This document shows, piece after piece, positions 36,490 to 46,485 of a stretch of DNA of 62,155 bases; the stretch's first letter is position 1; each line of letters starts with the position of its first letter. The DNA comes from a virus (Duplodnaviria; Caudoviricetes), in IMG/VR virus record IMGVR_UViG_3300017448_000004, positions 1 through 62,155 of that record; one strand, written 5' to 3'. The translations under genes were made by a program, and so were the position numbers. Below the pieces are notes generated by a model that was not told the DNA's origin, searched no databases, and saw only the letters and a list, made by a program, of their open reading frames with translations.

Positions 36490-38505
36490 CTAGTTATACA
36501 GCCCCGCGTCTGCTAGCGGATCACAGTAACTCCCGGAATCTTGTGCGGCTTTCACCGCATCCTGCGTAGACATATCAGGATTTTCCAGAGCCACATTGAG
36601 AGCCTTCTGTTTAAAACAGTTCTCGTAAGTGCCCTTGCCATAAATGTGGTCGTATTGCTGCTTCTGCTGTGAACTGATGACGAAGTCAGGAGAGGCTTCT
36701 TGCTTCTTTCCCTCCATATCCGCATATGATGAGAACTGGTCAACAAGGATCGAGAGCGCACTCACGATATCATCATGTGTACCCGCTGCGGTTCCGAAGT
36801 TGGCAAGTTCCGTATACAGTTCTTCGAGTCCGACCATCTGATTAGCGAACAGCATGCGGTCGTCTCCCAGGTATCGGAGAACAGGTTTTGCCTTCTGATC
36901 TTTCGCAGTAGCCTTACTACCCTTACCTAGCGGCACAAACTCAATCGGTACGCGTACACGCAACTTGTCCATCTCTCGGTAAATTTCTTTGCCGAGCCAT
37001 TTCACGCCAACAGATTCTTCGATGCACATACGTGCGGGTCGCCATTGGTTCGCCACAGATGCGATCTTTACCGGCAGTTCAAATTCGTTCCACTTTCCAC
37101 GAGCCATGTCAACGATGTAAAATCGGCCCCCATAAATCAGAGCCGTAATCATTACAGTGTAGTCCGCCCAACTCTTCGTCGAGTAAGCCGTATCTATACA
37201 GGTAACAATCAATCCTGATTGTGGGAGTAGGTTGGAATGAATCGTCCGACGTTCGAGCAACTCACGTGGGAATTTTACCGTGTGTGCCCGCGTCGGGTCG
37301 TTCAGATACTTAATTGCGAATCCTTCAGCATCATGCATCTTGCTGCGAAGGAATTGATAGGTCAGTTGGCCTGGGACGTTGAACCACAACTCGTAGTCCG
37401 ACTCCTGCATCTCAGATTCTACTTTACCCGCCTTCACTGCGGCGGCGTTCGGCCACCAGCAAGGACGTAGGTAAACTTTCATGTTGATAGGATCACCAGA
37501 CTTCTCGCAAGCCTTGATGTGCTTCATGTCCTGTCCGTACGTATCCTCGGAATCATACCACGTTCCAATTTTATCGTAGAAGCCGTAAGGGTGAAGCATG
37601 GCTTGGTTGATACTGACTTGTTTATTGACGTTGATAATACGATCAACCGTGCGGCTGTTCTCGTTGGTTACAACGTCGTCCAACTTCATGATGCCTGCGT
37701 GCCAACCCGATAAGTTCTGGTCTATAGATGCGGCCCAGACCGTAGAACCTGTACCCTGGACGGAACTGGCGGGTGTGTCGAATTCAGATTCCCGACCATC
37801 ATCCTTATCTAAGCAATGTTCGGAGAACAGAACTTGGAACATGAACGGAGTGTCATCGTCCAATGTCCTGGGCTTAATAGCTTTCTTCGTCTCGAACAGG
37901 TTGACGTTTTCTACTGTGCCTTCTTCAAGTCTGAAGAATCCCTTGATTTCAGTAACGAAATCCTTCGCCAATTGCAGCACGCCTGTGAGAATGATTACGG
38001 TGACTTCGGGATAATTGATAATCCATTGTACCGTATCCGCCATGTCGATAGACGACTTGAAACCTCCACGAGGTACGAGTAGAAGACGTTCCTTCTGATC
38101 TACGTACTCCTGGGCAAACTGCTTGAAAGTTTTTACCGTCGGGTCTTTGTGCACGAAAAAATCGTTACAAATTTCTTCGTGTGTATTGTGGGTCGTCCCG
38201 TCAATCCAAATGTACGTCTTGTCAGTAGTGTCTTTGTACTTCTCAAGCAGATGGCACAGCGCGAATAGATTCGTCTGTGCAAGGAAACGATACCGCAACA
38301 TCCGCGTAGTAGTTTCCGGTTGGTCGTCAATTACGACTTTGTACGCACGGCAAACGTCGAGTACCCGCTGCTGGTGCGCCTGCTTCATCTTTAGGAAACT
38401 GGAGAGGGCTTTCGCGTCGAATTCGTCCAGCGACATGTCCCGATGCTGATAATTAGGATCGGATTTGTGTTTATCAAACCATGTCTGTAACGTTTCGACT
38501 TTCAT
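36490..38505 (-). CDS. terL: terminase large subunit
   Basis: Walker A LLVPRGGFKSS, Walker B IMKLDDVV, IGTWY..ED.Y, nuclease CIDTAYS..ADYT, IEES, HDDIV. Confidence 0.92.
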   Translation of the reverse strand: MKVETLQTWFDKHKSDPNYQHRDMSLDEFDAKALSSFLKMKQAHQQRVLDVCRAYKVVIDDQPETTTRMLRYRFLAQTNLFALCHLLEKYKDTTDKTYIWIDGTTHNTHEEICNDFFVHKDPTVKTFKQFAQEYVDQKERLLLVPRGGFKSSIDMADTVQWIINYPEVTVIILTGVLQLAKDFVTEIKGFFRLEEGTVENVNLFETKKAIKPRTLDDDTPFMFQVLFSEHCLDKDDGRESEFDTPASSVQGTGSTVWAASIDQNLSGWHAGIMKLDDVVTNENSRTVDRIINVNKQVSINQAMLHPYGFYDKIGTWYDSEDTYGQDMKHIKACEKSGDPINMKVYLRPCWWPNAAAVKAGKVESEMQESDYELWFNVPGQLTYQFLRSKMHDAEGFAIKYLNDPTRAHTVKFPRELLERRTIHSNLLPQSGLIVTCIDTAYSTKSWADYTVMITALIYGGRFYIVDMARGKWNEFELPVKIASVANQWRPARMCIEESVGVKWLGKEIYREMDKLRVRVPIEFVPLGKGSKATAKDQKAKPVLRYLGDDRMLFANQMVGLEELYTELANFGTAAGTHDDIVSALSILVDQFSSYADMEGKKQEASPDFVISSQQKQQYDHIYGKGTYENCFKQKALNVALENPDMSTQDAVKAAQDSGSYCDPLADAGLYN

Positions 38506-38520
38506 ACCTCTCCCCCTAAG

Positions 38521-38775
38521 TTAGCAAGTCACCGGGCTTTGTCCCACAGCGCCTGGACGCCCTGTTGCCGCGACATGGTTGTCGCCGCCGCGTTTCGTAC
38601 CTTCCGAAACCTTATTGCTGACCCCGACTGGATTTGTTTCATAGTCAGGATACTTGGTGCTGCCTGCTCGTTTCTGTGATACCTGGTTGAATGCCTTGCT
38701 TGGCCCAGTATGCTTCACAACCGGGGGCACTGCTGTTTTGTACAGTACTGGTTCTGCTGTCTTTACTTTCGCCAT
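38521..38775 (-). CDS. hypothetical basic protein
   Basis: ORF with AGGAG SD. Confidence 0.5.
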   Translation of the reverse strand: MAKVKTAEPVLYKTAVPPVVKHTGPSKAFNQVSQKRAGSTKYPDYETNPVGVSNKVSEGTKRGGDNHVAATGRPGAVGQSPVTC

Positions 38776-38890
38776 AATTCTCCTATTAAATCCAAATACT
38801 TAACACAACGTAAATCACAACACTGATTACCGTCGCCGCGATAATTACGTCAAACCAATTCAAACCCCAGGGTGCTTTCATAGTTTCTCC

Positions 38891-39427
38891 TTAACGATTC
38901 TCCACCGAGTAGCCCAATTTCGATAAAATTATATTCTCGAATTCATAGGACAACACTGCCTGAATTTCGCTGGCCGCCGCATACACACGCGGTCGTGCCC
39001 AACAGAATGTCATGGCATGGCAAGTCTGATATTCCAGGAATCCCTGACCCATCGGAACAGCAATCGCACTTGACGGGTCCGTGCGTTTACTCCATGCCGG
39101 ATCAACCTTGACCAGATCACTAATTTTTGTATCTGGTACAGAAATGACCGCGACGTTACTTGGCTGGGCGGTCAATGCTCTAGGATCGGCAGGATGGTTG
39201 GCGGGACCATACGCGCTGTCAGGGAACGAACTAGCACCCAAACGTGTCTGGGCTTGTTTCCATGCGTCCTGCAATACGGCATCGGGTACGTTGGCGTAAT
39301 TAACAAATTGGGCACTACTTGGAATCAGGCGACTAAGGAATCTGAACCACAATTTCGCCGGAAGTTCAATAAAGAAACTGTGCAGAATCCTAAAAAAAAG
39401 ACTGTGATATTGCCCATTAATGAACAT
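38891..39427 (-). CDS. hypothetical protein
   Basis: 178-aa ORF in operon register. Confidence 0.5.
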   Translation of the reverse strand: MFINGQYHSLFFRILHSFFIELPAKLWFRFLSRLIPSSAQFVNYANVPDAVLQDAWKQAQTRLGASSFPDSAYGPANHPADPRALTAQPSNVAVISVPDTKISDLVKVDPAWSKRTDPSSAIAVPMGQGFLEYQTCHAMTFCWARPRVYAAASEIQAVLSYEFENIILSKLGYSVENR

Positions 39428-39431
39428 ATTC

Positions 39432-39710
39432 TCACTTTATCCAAGTCGCGTTTTTGATGTCAAACTTATCTTCATCTGCCTCAGGCAAACCTACCCTATC
39501 GACAAATTCACAACAACCTTCTGGGTCTACCGAACGCCTACCATCGGAGGTCATCGGTTGCTTGGATTTTTCGATCATTTCCTTGTGGCCACACGAACTA
39601 TTTGAAGAACGATAGAAAGAACAATTGCCGCATTCAAATTCGCCTTTACCATCTTCCTTTTCAAAACCAGTTCCGGGTTCACCTTTTATATCGGAGATGT
39701 TTATGAGCAT
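39432..39710 (-). CDS. small Cys-rich protein (HiPIP-like Cys spacing)
   Basis: CGNCSFY...C...VDPEGCC. Confidence 0.45.
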   Translation of the reverse strand: MLINISDIKGEPGTGFEKEDGKGEFECGNCSFYRSSNSSCGHKEMIEKSKQPMTSDGRRSVDPEGCCEFVDRVGLPEADEDKFDIKNATWIK

Positions 39711-39722
39711 TAGAGTTGTTCC

Positions 39723-39926
39723 TTAGCGACAAGTGCGTCCGATTTTATTTTTGCCGACGCGACTAAAGGCATCCGCAATAAGAAGTGCTCCTGCAAGCGT
39801 GGCGTCGGCTTTAATTTCCGCTCTGATCTTGTTTGGCAAGGCCGATACCCTACGATGGGAAATGATAGTACCTGCGAGTGAAGCCCCGGCTACAATAAGC
39901 GCGACGACGGTTTCAGTAGTCATCAT
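39723..39926 (-). CDS. small membrane protein
   Basis: TETVVALIVAGASLAGTII hydrophobic N-terminus. Confidence 0.45.
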   Translation of the reverse strand: MMTTETVVALIVAGASLAGTIISHRRVSALPNKIRAEIKADATLAGALLIADAFSRVGKNKIGRTCR

Positions 39927-39929
39927 TTG

Positions 39930-40142
39930 TTACTTCTTACCATGATTCCAATGGCTCATGGCCACGGCCATTCTACCCATCGCGGCAGTATGCGGGTTTT
40001 CGCTGTTTGCAGCCTCTTGTTTCTTTTCCATCGGGATAGGTTGATCTTCCGGAATATTAAAATGACGATGTAGTGCCCCACCATGCAATTTGTGCATGCC
40101 TCGGGCGAAATGGGCCTTTTCTGCGGGTGAATGTTCAGCCAT
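39930..40142 (-). CDS. small His/Lys-rich phage protein
   Basis: GALHRHFNIPEDQPIP..K motif; AGGAG SD. Confidence 0.55.
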   Translation of the reverse strand: MAEHSPAEKAHFARGMHKLHGGALHRHFNIPEDQPIPMEKKQEAANSENPHTAAMGRMAVAMSHWNHGKK

Positions 40143-40228
40143 AAATCTCCTATACCTGCTCAGCCGATCCGATAATGATTGCAGTAACGGCGACGATAAC
40201 GATAATTACTAAAATTACGATACCCATG

Positions 40229-40855
40229 TTAAGCTCCTGCCGGGGCTTCTGCGGGCGGTACGCCCTGCGAGGCGGTCATCTGTGCTAGGTCAGCAGCAGG
40301 TGCTGCCTCGCCTTCATTCGGTGTTCCTGCATGATCTTCTATGTGTGAATGAAGCTCGGCCATATCATTCATGTTGTGAGTCTCATCTTCATGTGCGGGG
40401 TGATGAAATACGTGCTTCACAGTGTGCTTGCCGTTGTGAGATTTCGTAATCTCCATCCGCTTGATTTCTTTCCTGGCCGGTTTCTCTTCAGTTCGCCCCG
40501 GCACATGTGCAAATATATCTGCCATATTCTTTTCCTTGGGCACAACAACCTCGCCCTTGTGTAACTCGTAATTGCCCGTCTTCGGAACGTAGTCAGTACC
40601 ATGCTTGAAACTTCCAAGTGGCTTAGTCATCTGGTCTACCGGAATTCGTACTTCACCCTTCCGGTCTCCAAACTTCGCACGCTTGTTGATTTTGTCTGGG
40701 TTGGCTTGGACAGGAGTAGCTTTCGGCAACTCTGGAGGTCCGCTTACAGCTTTGTCGTAATCTTCAGCGTTTTGCTTGCGTGAGCCTAGACCGCCTTCTT
40801 CACGACTACTGGCCCCCATATTCAAAAGCCGTCTACTCAAATCTGGTTCAGGCAT
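40229..40855 (-). CDS. hypothetical His-rich phage protein
   Basis: FKHGTDYVPKTG.Y.LHKGEVVVP motif and His-rich C-terminus; start MPEPD. Confidence 0.55.
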   Translation of the reverse strand: MPEPDLSRRLLNMGASSREEGGLGSRKQNAEDYDKAVSGPPELPKATPVQANPDKINKRAKFGDRKGEVRIPVDQMTKPLGSFKHGTDYVPKTGNYELHKGEVVVPKEKNMADIFAHVPGRTEEKPARKEIKRMEITKSHNGKHTVKHVFHHPAHEDETHNMNDMAELHSHIEDHAGTPNEGEAAPAADLAQMTASQGVPPAEAPAGA

Positions 40856-40856
40856 A

Positions 40857-41345
40857 CTATCCTTTCGGGGCAATATCATTCCACATCTTTCGGGCTGTGA
40901 CCTCCATGCCTTGGCCCGGATCATATTTTGGATAGAGAGTAGAAAATATCTTCTTGGCCCGATTGAACGGCTGAGGTAGCTCGCCAATAGACCGCATGAA
41001 TAACATCGCCGTCGTCGGGCCTCTGCTATGTCCTGCGTTGCAGTGTATTAGTATCTTTTTACCCTCGCGCCACATCTCTTGCGCGAATTCAATACCTTGA
41101 AGAATCATCTTCTCTGGTATGAATGCAGGGTCGTCCACGTCGATCAGATTCATCGCCGCATGGTCACCCTCGCGGGCGAATAGATAATCTTTACCCTTCG
41201 GCGCACCCATGGTCGTATACCCTAGAATCTCTCGGTGACCATCTGGGCCGTCTTTCGCGGCGGTAAGTCTCGCGTATCCACGTTTCTTCGCCTCGGGCAC
41301 GTCCTCGTCGCTGCCCACGTATAGATTCGGGATTACTTGCTCCAT
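40857..41345 (-). CDS. dual-specificity (PTP-like) phosphatase
   Basis: VIPNLYVGS; active-site loop IHCNAGHSRG (CX5R). Confidence 0.9.
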   Translation of the reverse strand: MEQVIPNLYVGSDEDVPEAKKRGYARLTAAKDGPDGHREILGYTTMGAPKGKDYLFAREGDHAAMNLIDVDDPAFIPEKMILQGIEFAQEMWREGKKILIHCNAGHSRGPTTAMLFMRSIGELPQPFNRAKKIFSTLYPKYDPGQGMEVTARKMWNDIAPKG

Positions 41346-41677
41346 ACGTTCTCCTCATACAGTGATAAACCAAGAGATTTGAAAGCATCTCTAATATGCT
41401 GGCGAAAATGGTTTTGATCGCCCTTCGACTTGAATAACCGTGTACGAATCTCCGCTCTTTTAGCGGAATCTTCACCATAGAAACTACGTTCTTCGCAGGG
41501 TCTATTTGGAAAAGCCGCACTTCGAATTATGGTAGTTGTGGCATGTTTGAGTTTTCGATTCCTAGAATCAGGTCCTCTGATGGCGCTGAGCACGTCCCAA
41601 AGGTCTCCGCTATAAGGCTGTTTTGTCAACAACCGTTCGATCTGGTCGAGGGCACCGCGAAGTGTTTTGGGAGTCAC
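41333..41677 (-). CDS. hypothetical protein
   Basis: 114-aa ORF, LWDVLSAIRGPD. Confidence 0.55.
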   Translation of the reverse strand: MTPKTLRGALDQIERLLTKQPYSGDLWDVLSAIRGPDSRNRKLKHATTTIIRSAAFPNRPCEERSFYGEDSAKRAEIRTRLFKSKGDQNHFRQHIRDAFKSLGLSLYEENVWSK

Positions 41678-41825
41678 TTGATTGCGCCCCTCAACTTGTC
41701 GTAGTATATCTCGCCGTACTTCGCAATGAATTCCTTTTTAGACAGGAACGCGTAGTCCCACGTCAACTGGTCAGTGTGCCAACTGGCAGGGGCCGAAAAT
41801 TTCTTTTGAGTGTACTGGGTTCCGT

Positions 41826-42398
41826 TCATATTGCCTCCACAATCTTGGGTGCGTTCATCATACTAATATCGTAGTCTAATCTTGCTGCGGTAACGTATTC
41901 CGCCGCCCTAATCATAAGCAGAGGATTCTCGTTCAACATTCCTAGTGCCACATTACAACGGCGGCAAAGAAGGCCGCGAACCTGCTCAGTAATATGACAA
42001 TGGTCAACGCATTGAATTGGTCTATCACAAAATTGCAATGCACACATGCCGCCCTGTTCATGGTACATTATCTTGTAACGTTCGGGAGTCAAACCATATC
42101 TCAATTGACGATTACGTTCAGAACTGTTACACGGTTGTTTCCTACGACGATCTTTGTTTTCCTTATTCCAAAGGGTCGCCCTTTCAACAAGTAGCGCGTA
42201 TCCTGGTTCAGATTTATAATCTCGTTTCCATCCCGCAGCTTTCCGCTTCGCATTATAATCTTTGATGTATTGCGTATCCCGCTTAGCGGAAGCGGCATTG
42301 TGACAGATTCTACAAAAACGATATCCTGTTTTCTTGTTTCGGAGGGTATTTTCAGGTGTAAATTCGTGCCCATGTTTGCAGTGCGTGATGTTTTTCAT
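41826..42398 (-). CDS. endonuclease VII-family nuclease
   Basis: THCKHGHEFTPENT..CRIC; VDHCHIT.QVRGLLCRRCNVALG. Confidence 0.85.
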   Translation of the reverse strand: MKNITHCKHGHEFTPENTLRNKKTGYRFCRICHNAASAKRDTQYIKDYNAKRKAAGWKRDYKSEPGYALLVERATLWNKENKDRRRKQPCNSSERNRQLRYGLTPERYKIMYHEQGGMCALQFCDRPIQCVDHCHITEQVRGLLCRRCNVALGMLNENPLLMIRAAEYVTAARLDYDISMMNAPKIVEAI

Positions 42399-42452
42399 GT
42401 TTCTCCTTGAAAGAATAGGGGAGTGTTCAAGGCACTCCCCGCCATCAGGTAA

Positions 42453-42665
42453 TTATTCTGATGGGATAATCTGTTTTGCTTTAGCCGCTTCTACCGCCGC
42501 CATCTGTTGTTTCTTGATGTTCTCTATGAATGATATAAGAACTTGTTGACCGAAGTCAATCGCAAATTGAATGTGGGCGTCGTTGAGACATAGTGCCACA
42601 CCCTTGTAAGTCCACACGCGGGCGAAACCTTCAACTTGTTTCCTGTCAATCTTAGGAATTTGCAT
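42453..42665 (-). CDS. hypothetical protein
   Basis: ORF with GGAG SD. Confidence 0.5.
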   Translation of the reverse strand: MQIPKIDRKQVEGFARVWTYKGVALCLNDAHIQFAIDFGQQVLISFIENIKKQQMAAVEAAKAKQIIPSE

Positions 42666-42918
42666 TGGTTTCTCCCGTTGTCGCGGCGTGCCTCGCTTTG
42701 AGAGATTCCAGCAACGGATCGGGGCCGACGATATTTGGAATTAAAGTAGGCTGGCCTGAGTCACCTGTCAGCCGTGGGGCAATTACTTGGTCAATCTCCA
42801 ACATAAGTCGGATCGCTTCCAAGCGAATATCCCCTTTGACTTCGGGATCATAGGCTAGTTTTTTAAGACCACCCATGGCGAAATCCAAACATTGTCCGCG
42901 CCTACGCTTGTTCGGCAT
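42652..42918 (-). CDS. hypothetical protein (possible terminase small subunit)
   Basis: small helical protein, RLEAIRLML; weak positional support only. Confidence 0.35.
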   Translation of the reverse strand: MPNKRRRGQCLDFAMGGLKKLAYDPEVKGDIRLEAIRLMLEIDQVIAPRLTGDSGQPTLIPNIVGPDPLLESLKARHAATTGETNANS

Positions 42919-42937
42919 GATTCCCTCCAGAATCGGA

Positions 42938-43357
42938 CTACTTATATTCTACATCACACGGAAGGCAACTTTCTGCCAACCAAAAGCGCACACGAGTCTT
43001 TCTTCCCTGAGTCGAGCAAATGCCTGAGATACGATACCCTTCTTCAAGATGGATTTGATGGTCGTTAGGACTAAGCACCGCATCCCATTCTGGGTGTGAA
43101 TGAATATGGCCTACAATCCTAAATCCCTCTTTTGCGACGGACTCAGCCACTTTTGCGTACTCGTCCGCATCCCACGAAACGGACGAATATGTCTGTGTCT
43201 CATAACGCTTTGGGTGGACGATTACCTGAACCACAATCACATTCGGAGTAGGAACCTCCCCCACAAGGAGAGCCTGTATTTCCTTCGGAGAGTTTCTAGC
43301 AAGGGTGCGAAAGTAATCCAATTGAGATTTCTTTATACGTACCGTAGGGGATTGCAT
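42938..43357 (-). CDS. JAB/MPN (JAMM) metalloisopeptidase
   Basis: PKE..ALL.G and VGHIHSHP.....LS.ND motif. Confidence 0.88.
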   Translation of the reverse strand: MQSPTVRIKKSQLDYFRTLARNSPKEIQALLVGEVPTPNVIVVQVIVHPKRYETQTYSSVSWDADEYAKVAESVAKEGFRIVGHIHSHPEWDAVLSPNDHQIHLEEGYRISGICSTQGRKTRVRFWLAESCLPCDVEYK

Positions 43358-43379
43358 ACCTCTCCGCTAGAAATCTAAA

Positions 43380-43712
43380 CTACTCGGTCTGGGGACTAAG
43401 ACTGAGACCAGCAGAAGCTACCTGAGCCGGGTTGACTGTTGGAATCAAGCCTACGCCGGTAGTACTCGTCAAAGTATTTCCAAGCGGTTGGTTGTTGCAC
43501 ACCAACTTGGTCGCATGCTGGACTGTGCCATCAACCAACTTGATGCCGGGTTGGCCGGGAGGTACTGTTCCAAGAATCGTCCCTGAATCGTAGGGGTGGA
43601 TATTAGCAGAATTGCCAACTACGCCCGATTTTTGATACTGCGCGGCTTCGCCTGCAACCTGTGCGCCTGCGTTTGCTGTTGTTCGTGAAATCAGCAATGC
43701 TCCGTCATTCAT
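43380..43712 (-). CDS. hypothetical protein
   Basis: ORF with AAGGAG SD. Confidence 0.55.
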   Translation of the reverse strand: MNDGALLISRTTANAGAQVAGEAAQYQKSGVVGNSANIHPYDSGTILGTVPPGQPGIKLVDGTVQHATKLVCNNQPLGNTLTSTTGVGLIPTVNPAQVASAGLSLSPQTE

Positions 43713-43724
43713 ATTATTTCTCCT

Positions 43725-45812
43725 TTATTTTCTGTGACGATCCCACCAGTTTGTCACAAGCCCGCTCTTGTCATACTTGATTACACTGTGTTGTACAGAT
43801 ACGGGTGGGACGGGTTTAGAAAACTGTTCATGGCAGTCGTACATCTTTGCCTTGTCATAATTTCCTGCGGATAGTTCCACTGAGATTATGTCGTTACCCA
43901 CATTCGGGCAGCGTGGCGCGATAGCGTATTTGGATACGTTGATGGGAGAATCGTTGCGAATAATCTCGCCGTTCTTGACTGGTTGAGATAAGGCCATCCC
44001 TATCCACCAATCCTCGCACCAATACGTCACTTGTGAATTTACGATTATCCTTGCGGATTTGGCGCTTAACCAATAACCGCCGCCAAAGATGTAGCTTTCT
44101 GGGATATAGCAATCCGTACCGGACCATCCCAGATTCCCACAATACATTCCATGATAATCATATTTCTGAAAATCACTGCTCAACAATCTTTCCGGTCGAG
44201 CGTAAACATCAATTGAAGCGCAGAAGATATAATCATAACCGTGCTCCAAGGCCCAGCGTAAAGATTCCTTACGCTTGTAAGACATGTAATGGTATCCGTC
44301 AGGACAGGAAACCATAACCTCGTCTTCTTGTGGTTTGTATCCTGCGGGTGGGTAAGAGGCCCCTAGTTGCGTCTGTTGTTTTCCGTGGCCCGTGTTTCCT
44401 TTAGATTTATTGGCCCAAAAATTAAACCCATCGTTGATATTTTTATCTTCTATGGGATCAACAGGCGTTCCGTTTCCGATAAAGAAACGATAATCCATAC
44501 TCGGAAATTTGGAAAGGTCTTTTAACCACGTATCCCGTAATGCCTGATGGTCTCCGCGCTTTGCTCCTCCAACCCAACCAAGGAATGCAATTAAGATTTT
44601 AGGTCCACGAGGCGCGGTTGCGAATTCCTTTTTCACAGATGCATCTAGCGACTTGCTATGGGGTAGGTCCGGTGGAAAATCTGAAGTAAAGAACTGCCCT
44701 TTGTAACTCAAACAAAACTTCTTCGCGATCACGTGGGCATAGTTCCACACAAAGATGTAGGTGTAGTCCGGCTTGGCCTCTAACCATTCTTTAGTTGAGC
44801 GAACCTGAACACCTGTGCCGGGGATATATTTTCCTTGCTTAGCGGGCGTGTCGTCTACGACCGCGTCGATGAGTGTGCTATCAATTCCGGCACAATTCAT
44901 GAACACTGTAGTTTTCGCGGCGGCACCAAACCCCCAAACGGTCTTGCCTTCAGCTTTTAACTGGAGGAGAATTTTCTTCACATCTGTGGCTTTGACAATG
45001 GCACGATCCTGCACCGTACTGAGTTTATCCAAACCGTGCTCTTTCATCTCGCAGTGAGACAAGCCGTGGCCTACCGTGACCCTCAACGAACCGCCGAGAA
45101 CATTTGGCAGATGTTCGACATTCATTATGTTGAGACCGTGGCGATTGAATAACTGCGTCAGAGCCTTGATGGAGAAATAAAACATGTGCTCGTGATAGAT
45201 AGTGTCAAAATGGCATCCGCGCAGCAGGTCGCCGAGGTACGGAACTTCGATGATGGCGATTCCCGTGGCTTTTAGAACCTCTGCGATGCCAGCTACAAAA
45301 TCGTTGAGTGTGGGCACGTGCGCGAGGACATTGTTCGCGTGGACCACGTCCGCTTTTGGAAGGGTCTTCGCCAGCGCGAGCGTAAAGAATGACTGGATGG
45401 TCGGAACCCCTTTCAGGGCCGCAGCGTTCGCAGGACCGACGGCAGGGTCTACCCCAAGAATGTTTATGCCCTTCTGTTTGTAAAAATCGAGCAGGTATCC
45501 GTCATTGCTGGCAATCTCGATCACCAATCCGTCGGTCAGGTCACGCTCGAACATGACCTTCTCGACCAACTGCTTCGCGGACTCGACTACTGGGGCCATG
45601 ACCGATGAGTAAAACAGATACTCTTTGAACATCGCTTCAGGAGGAACCGTGTCCTTCAACTGCGCGAGAGAGCACTCCGAACAAATGACGACATCGAGCG
45701 GGAACCGCTCAAAATTTTCTTGAGGGAAAGATAATAGTTCGTTGACGAGAGGAATCTTGCCAAGAGAAATGACAGGTTTTAGGTTTTCGGAATCGCAACT
45801 CCTGCATCTCAT
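43725..45812 (-). CDS. NDP-sugar C-methyltransferase fused to a glycosyltransferase-like domain
   Basis: CRSC, CSECSLAQL, VIEIASNDG, ANNVLAHV, FDTIYHEH, GFGAAAK, KQGKYIPG; C-terminal LRDTWLKD...GYDYIF...D..IFGGGYWLS GT31-like domain. Confidence 0.85.
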   Translation of the reverse strand: MRCRSCDSENLKPVISLGKIPLVNELLSFPQENFERFPLDVVICSECSLAQLKDTVPPEAMFKEYLFYSSVMAPVVESAKQLVEKVMFERDLTDGLVIEIASNDGYLLDFYKQKGINILGVDPAVGPANAAALKGVPTIQSFFTLALAKTLPKADVVHANNVLAHVPTLNDFVAGIAEVLKATGIAIIEVPYLGDLLRGCHFDTIYHEHMFYFSIKALTQLFNRHGLNIMNVEHLPNVLGGSLRVTVGHGLSHCEMKEHGLDKLSTVQDRAIVKATDVKKILLQLKAEGKTVWGFGAAAKTTVFMNCAGIDSTLIDAVVDDTPAKQGKYIPGTGVQVRSTKEWLEAKPDYTYIFVWNYAHVIAKKFCLSYKGQFFTSDFPPDLPHSKSLDASVKKEFATAPRGPKILIAFLGWVGGAKRGDHQALRDTWLKDLSKFPSMDYRFFIGNGTPVDPIEDKNINDGFNFWANKSKGNTGHGKQQTQLGASYPPAGYKPQEDEVMVSCPDGYHYMSYKRKESLRWALEHGYDYIFCASIDVYARPERLLSSDFQKYDYHGMYCGNLGWSGTDCYIPESYIFGGGYWLSAKSARIIVNSQVTYWCEDWWIGMALSQPVKNGEIIRNDSPINVSKYAIAPRCPNVGNDIISVELSAGNYDKAKMYDCHEQFSKPVPPVSVQHSVIKYDKSGLVTNWWDRHRK

Positions 45813-46477
45813 ACTTTCCTCCAATGTCGGCGCATCTGCTCTGGGGAGAGCGCGTGAATAGAAATATAGTCGTTAGGCAGTGCCAAAGCTTCGTCGCTTA
45901 TATACTGGCAGCGTCGTGTTGGAGGCGCGATGTAATATCGGAAATCGAAATTAGGCTTTATGCCTGCGCGTTGCATGGCCTCGCCCAACCAACGATCCTC
46001 TGCCCAGCTTCCGTTAGGGCTGGAGATAGCAATCTCCATCGCTCTGCGACTCAACCAATAGATTGCACCAGAACAGTACGATCCGAAAGGTTGTCCACCA
46101 AAAGGACCGCCGCCACAATAATCTCCCTCTGGCACATTCGCCATAAGTCTGTCCCAATGGACAAATAGGTCATCGTCGATTTTTAGGAGCCTGTCGTAGC
46201 CGTTGTCCAGCGTGTAACGAATGAGTGCCTGCAACTTGGGAGTTGAATGTAAATAGTCATCCGGAGCATCTAGAAAAACTTCATCTGGTAGTGGTTGTCG
46301 GGAGACAGTTGGCTTTCCGTAAAAGAATTTGTAATCATACGTGACATCTTTCAACCACGTATCTCTAACAGCTTGTACCCGGTTAACCACGGGTCTCTGG
46401 AACCAATCTTTGATAAGACTGTTCGGATCGCAATAGGTGTACTTGTGGCACGTAAAAATGCCCAAAAGCGTTTTCAC
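45809..46477 (-). CDS. GT31/galactosyltransferase-like glycosyltransferase
   Basis: AVRDTW, LLKIDDD, YCSGAIYWLS, AEDRWLG. Confidence 0.8.
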   Translation of the reverse strand: MKTLLGIFTCHKYTYCDPNSLIKDWFQRPVVNRVQAVRDTWLKDVTYDYKFFYGKPTVSRQPLPDEVFLDAPDDYLHSTPKLQALIRYTLDNGYDRLLKIDDDLFVHWDRLMANVPEGDYCGGGPFGGQPFGSYCSGAIYWLSRRAMEIAISSPNGSWAEDRWLGEAMQRAGIKPNFDFRYYIAPPTRRCQYISDEALALPNDYISIHALSPEQMRRHWRKV

Positions 46478-46485
46478 GTCTCCTC

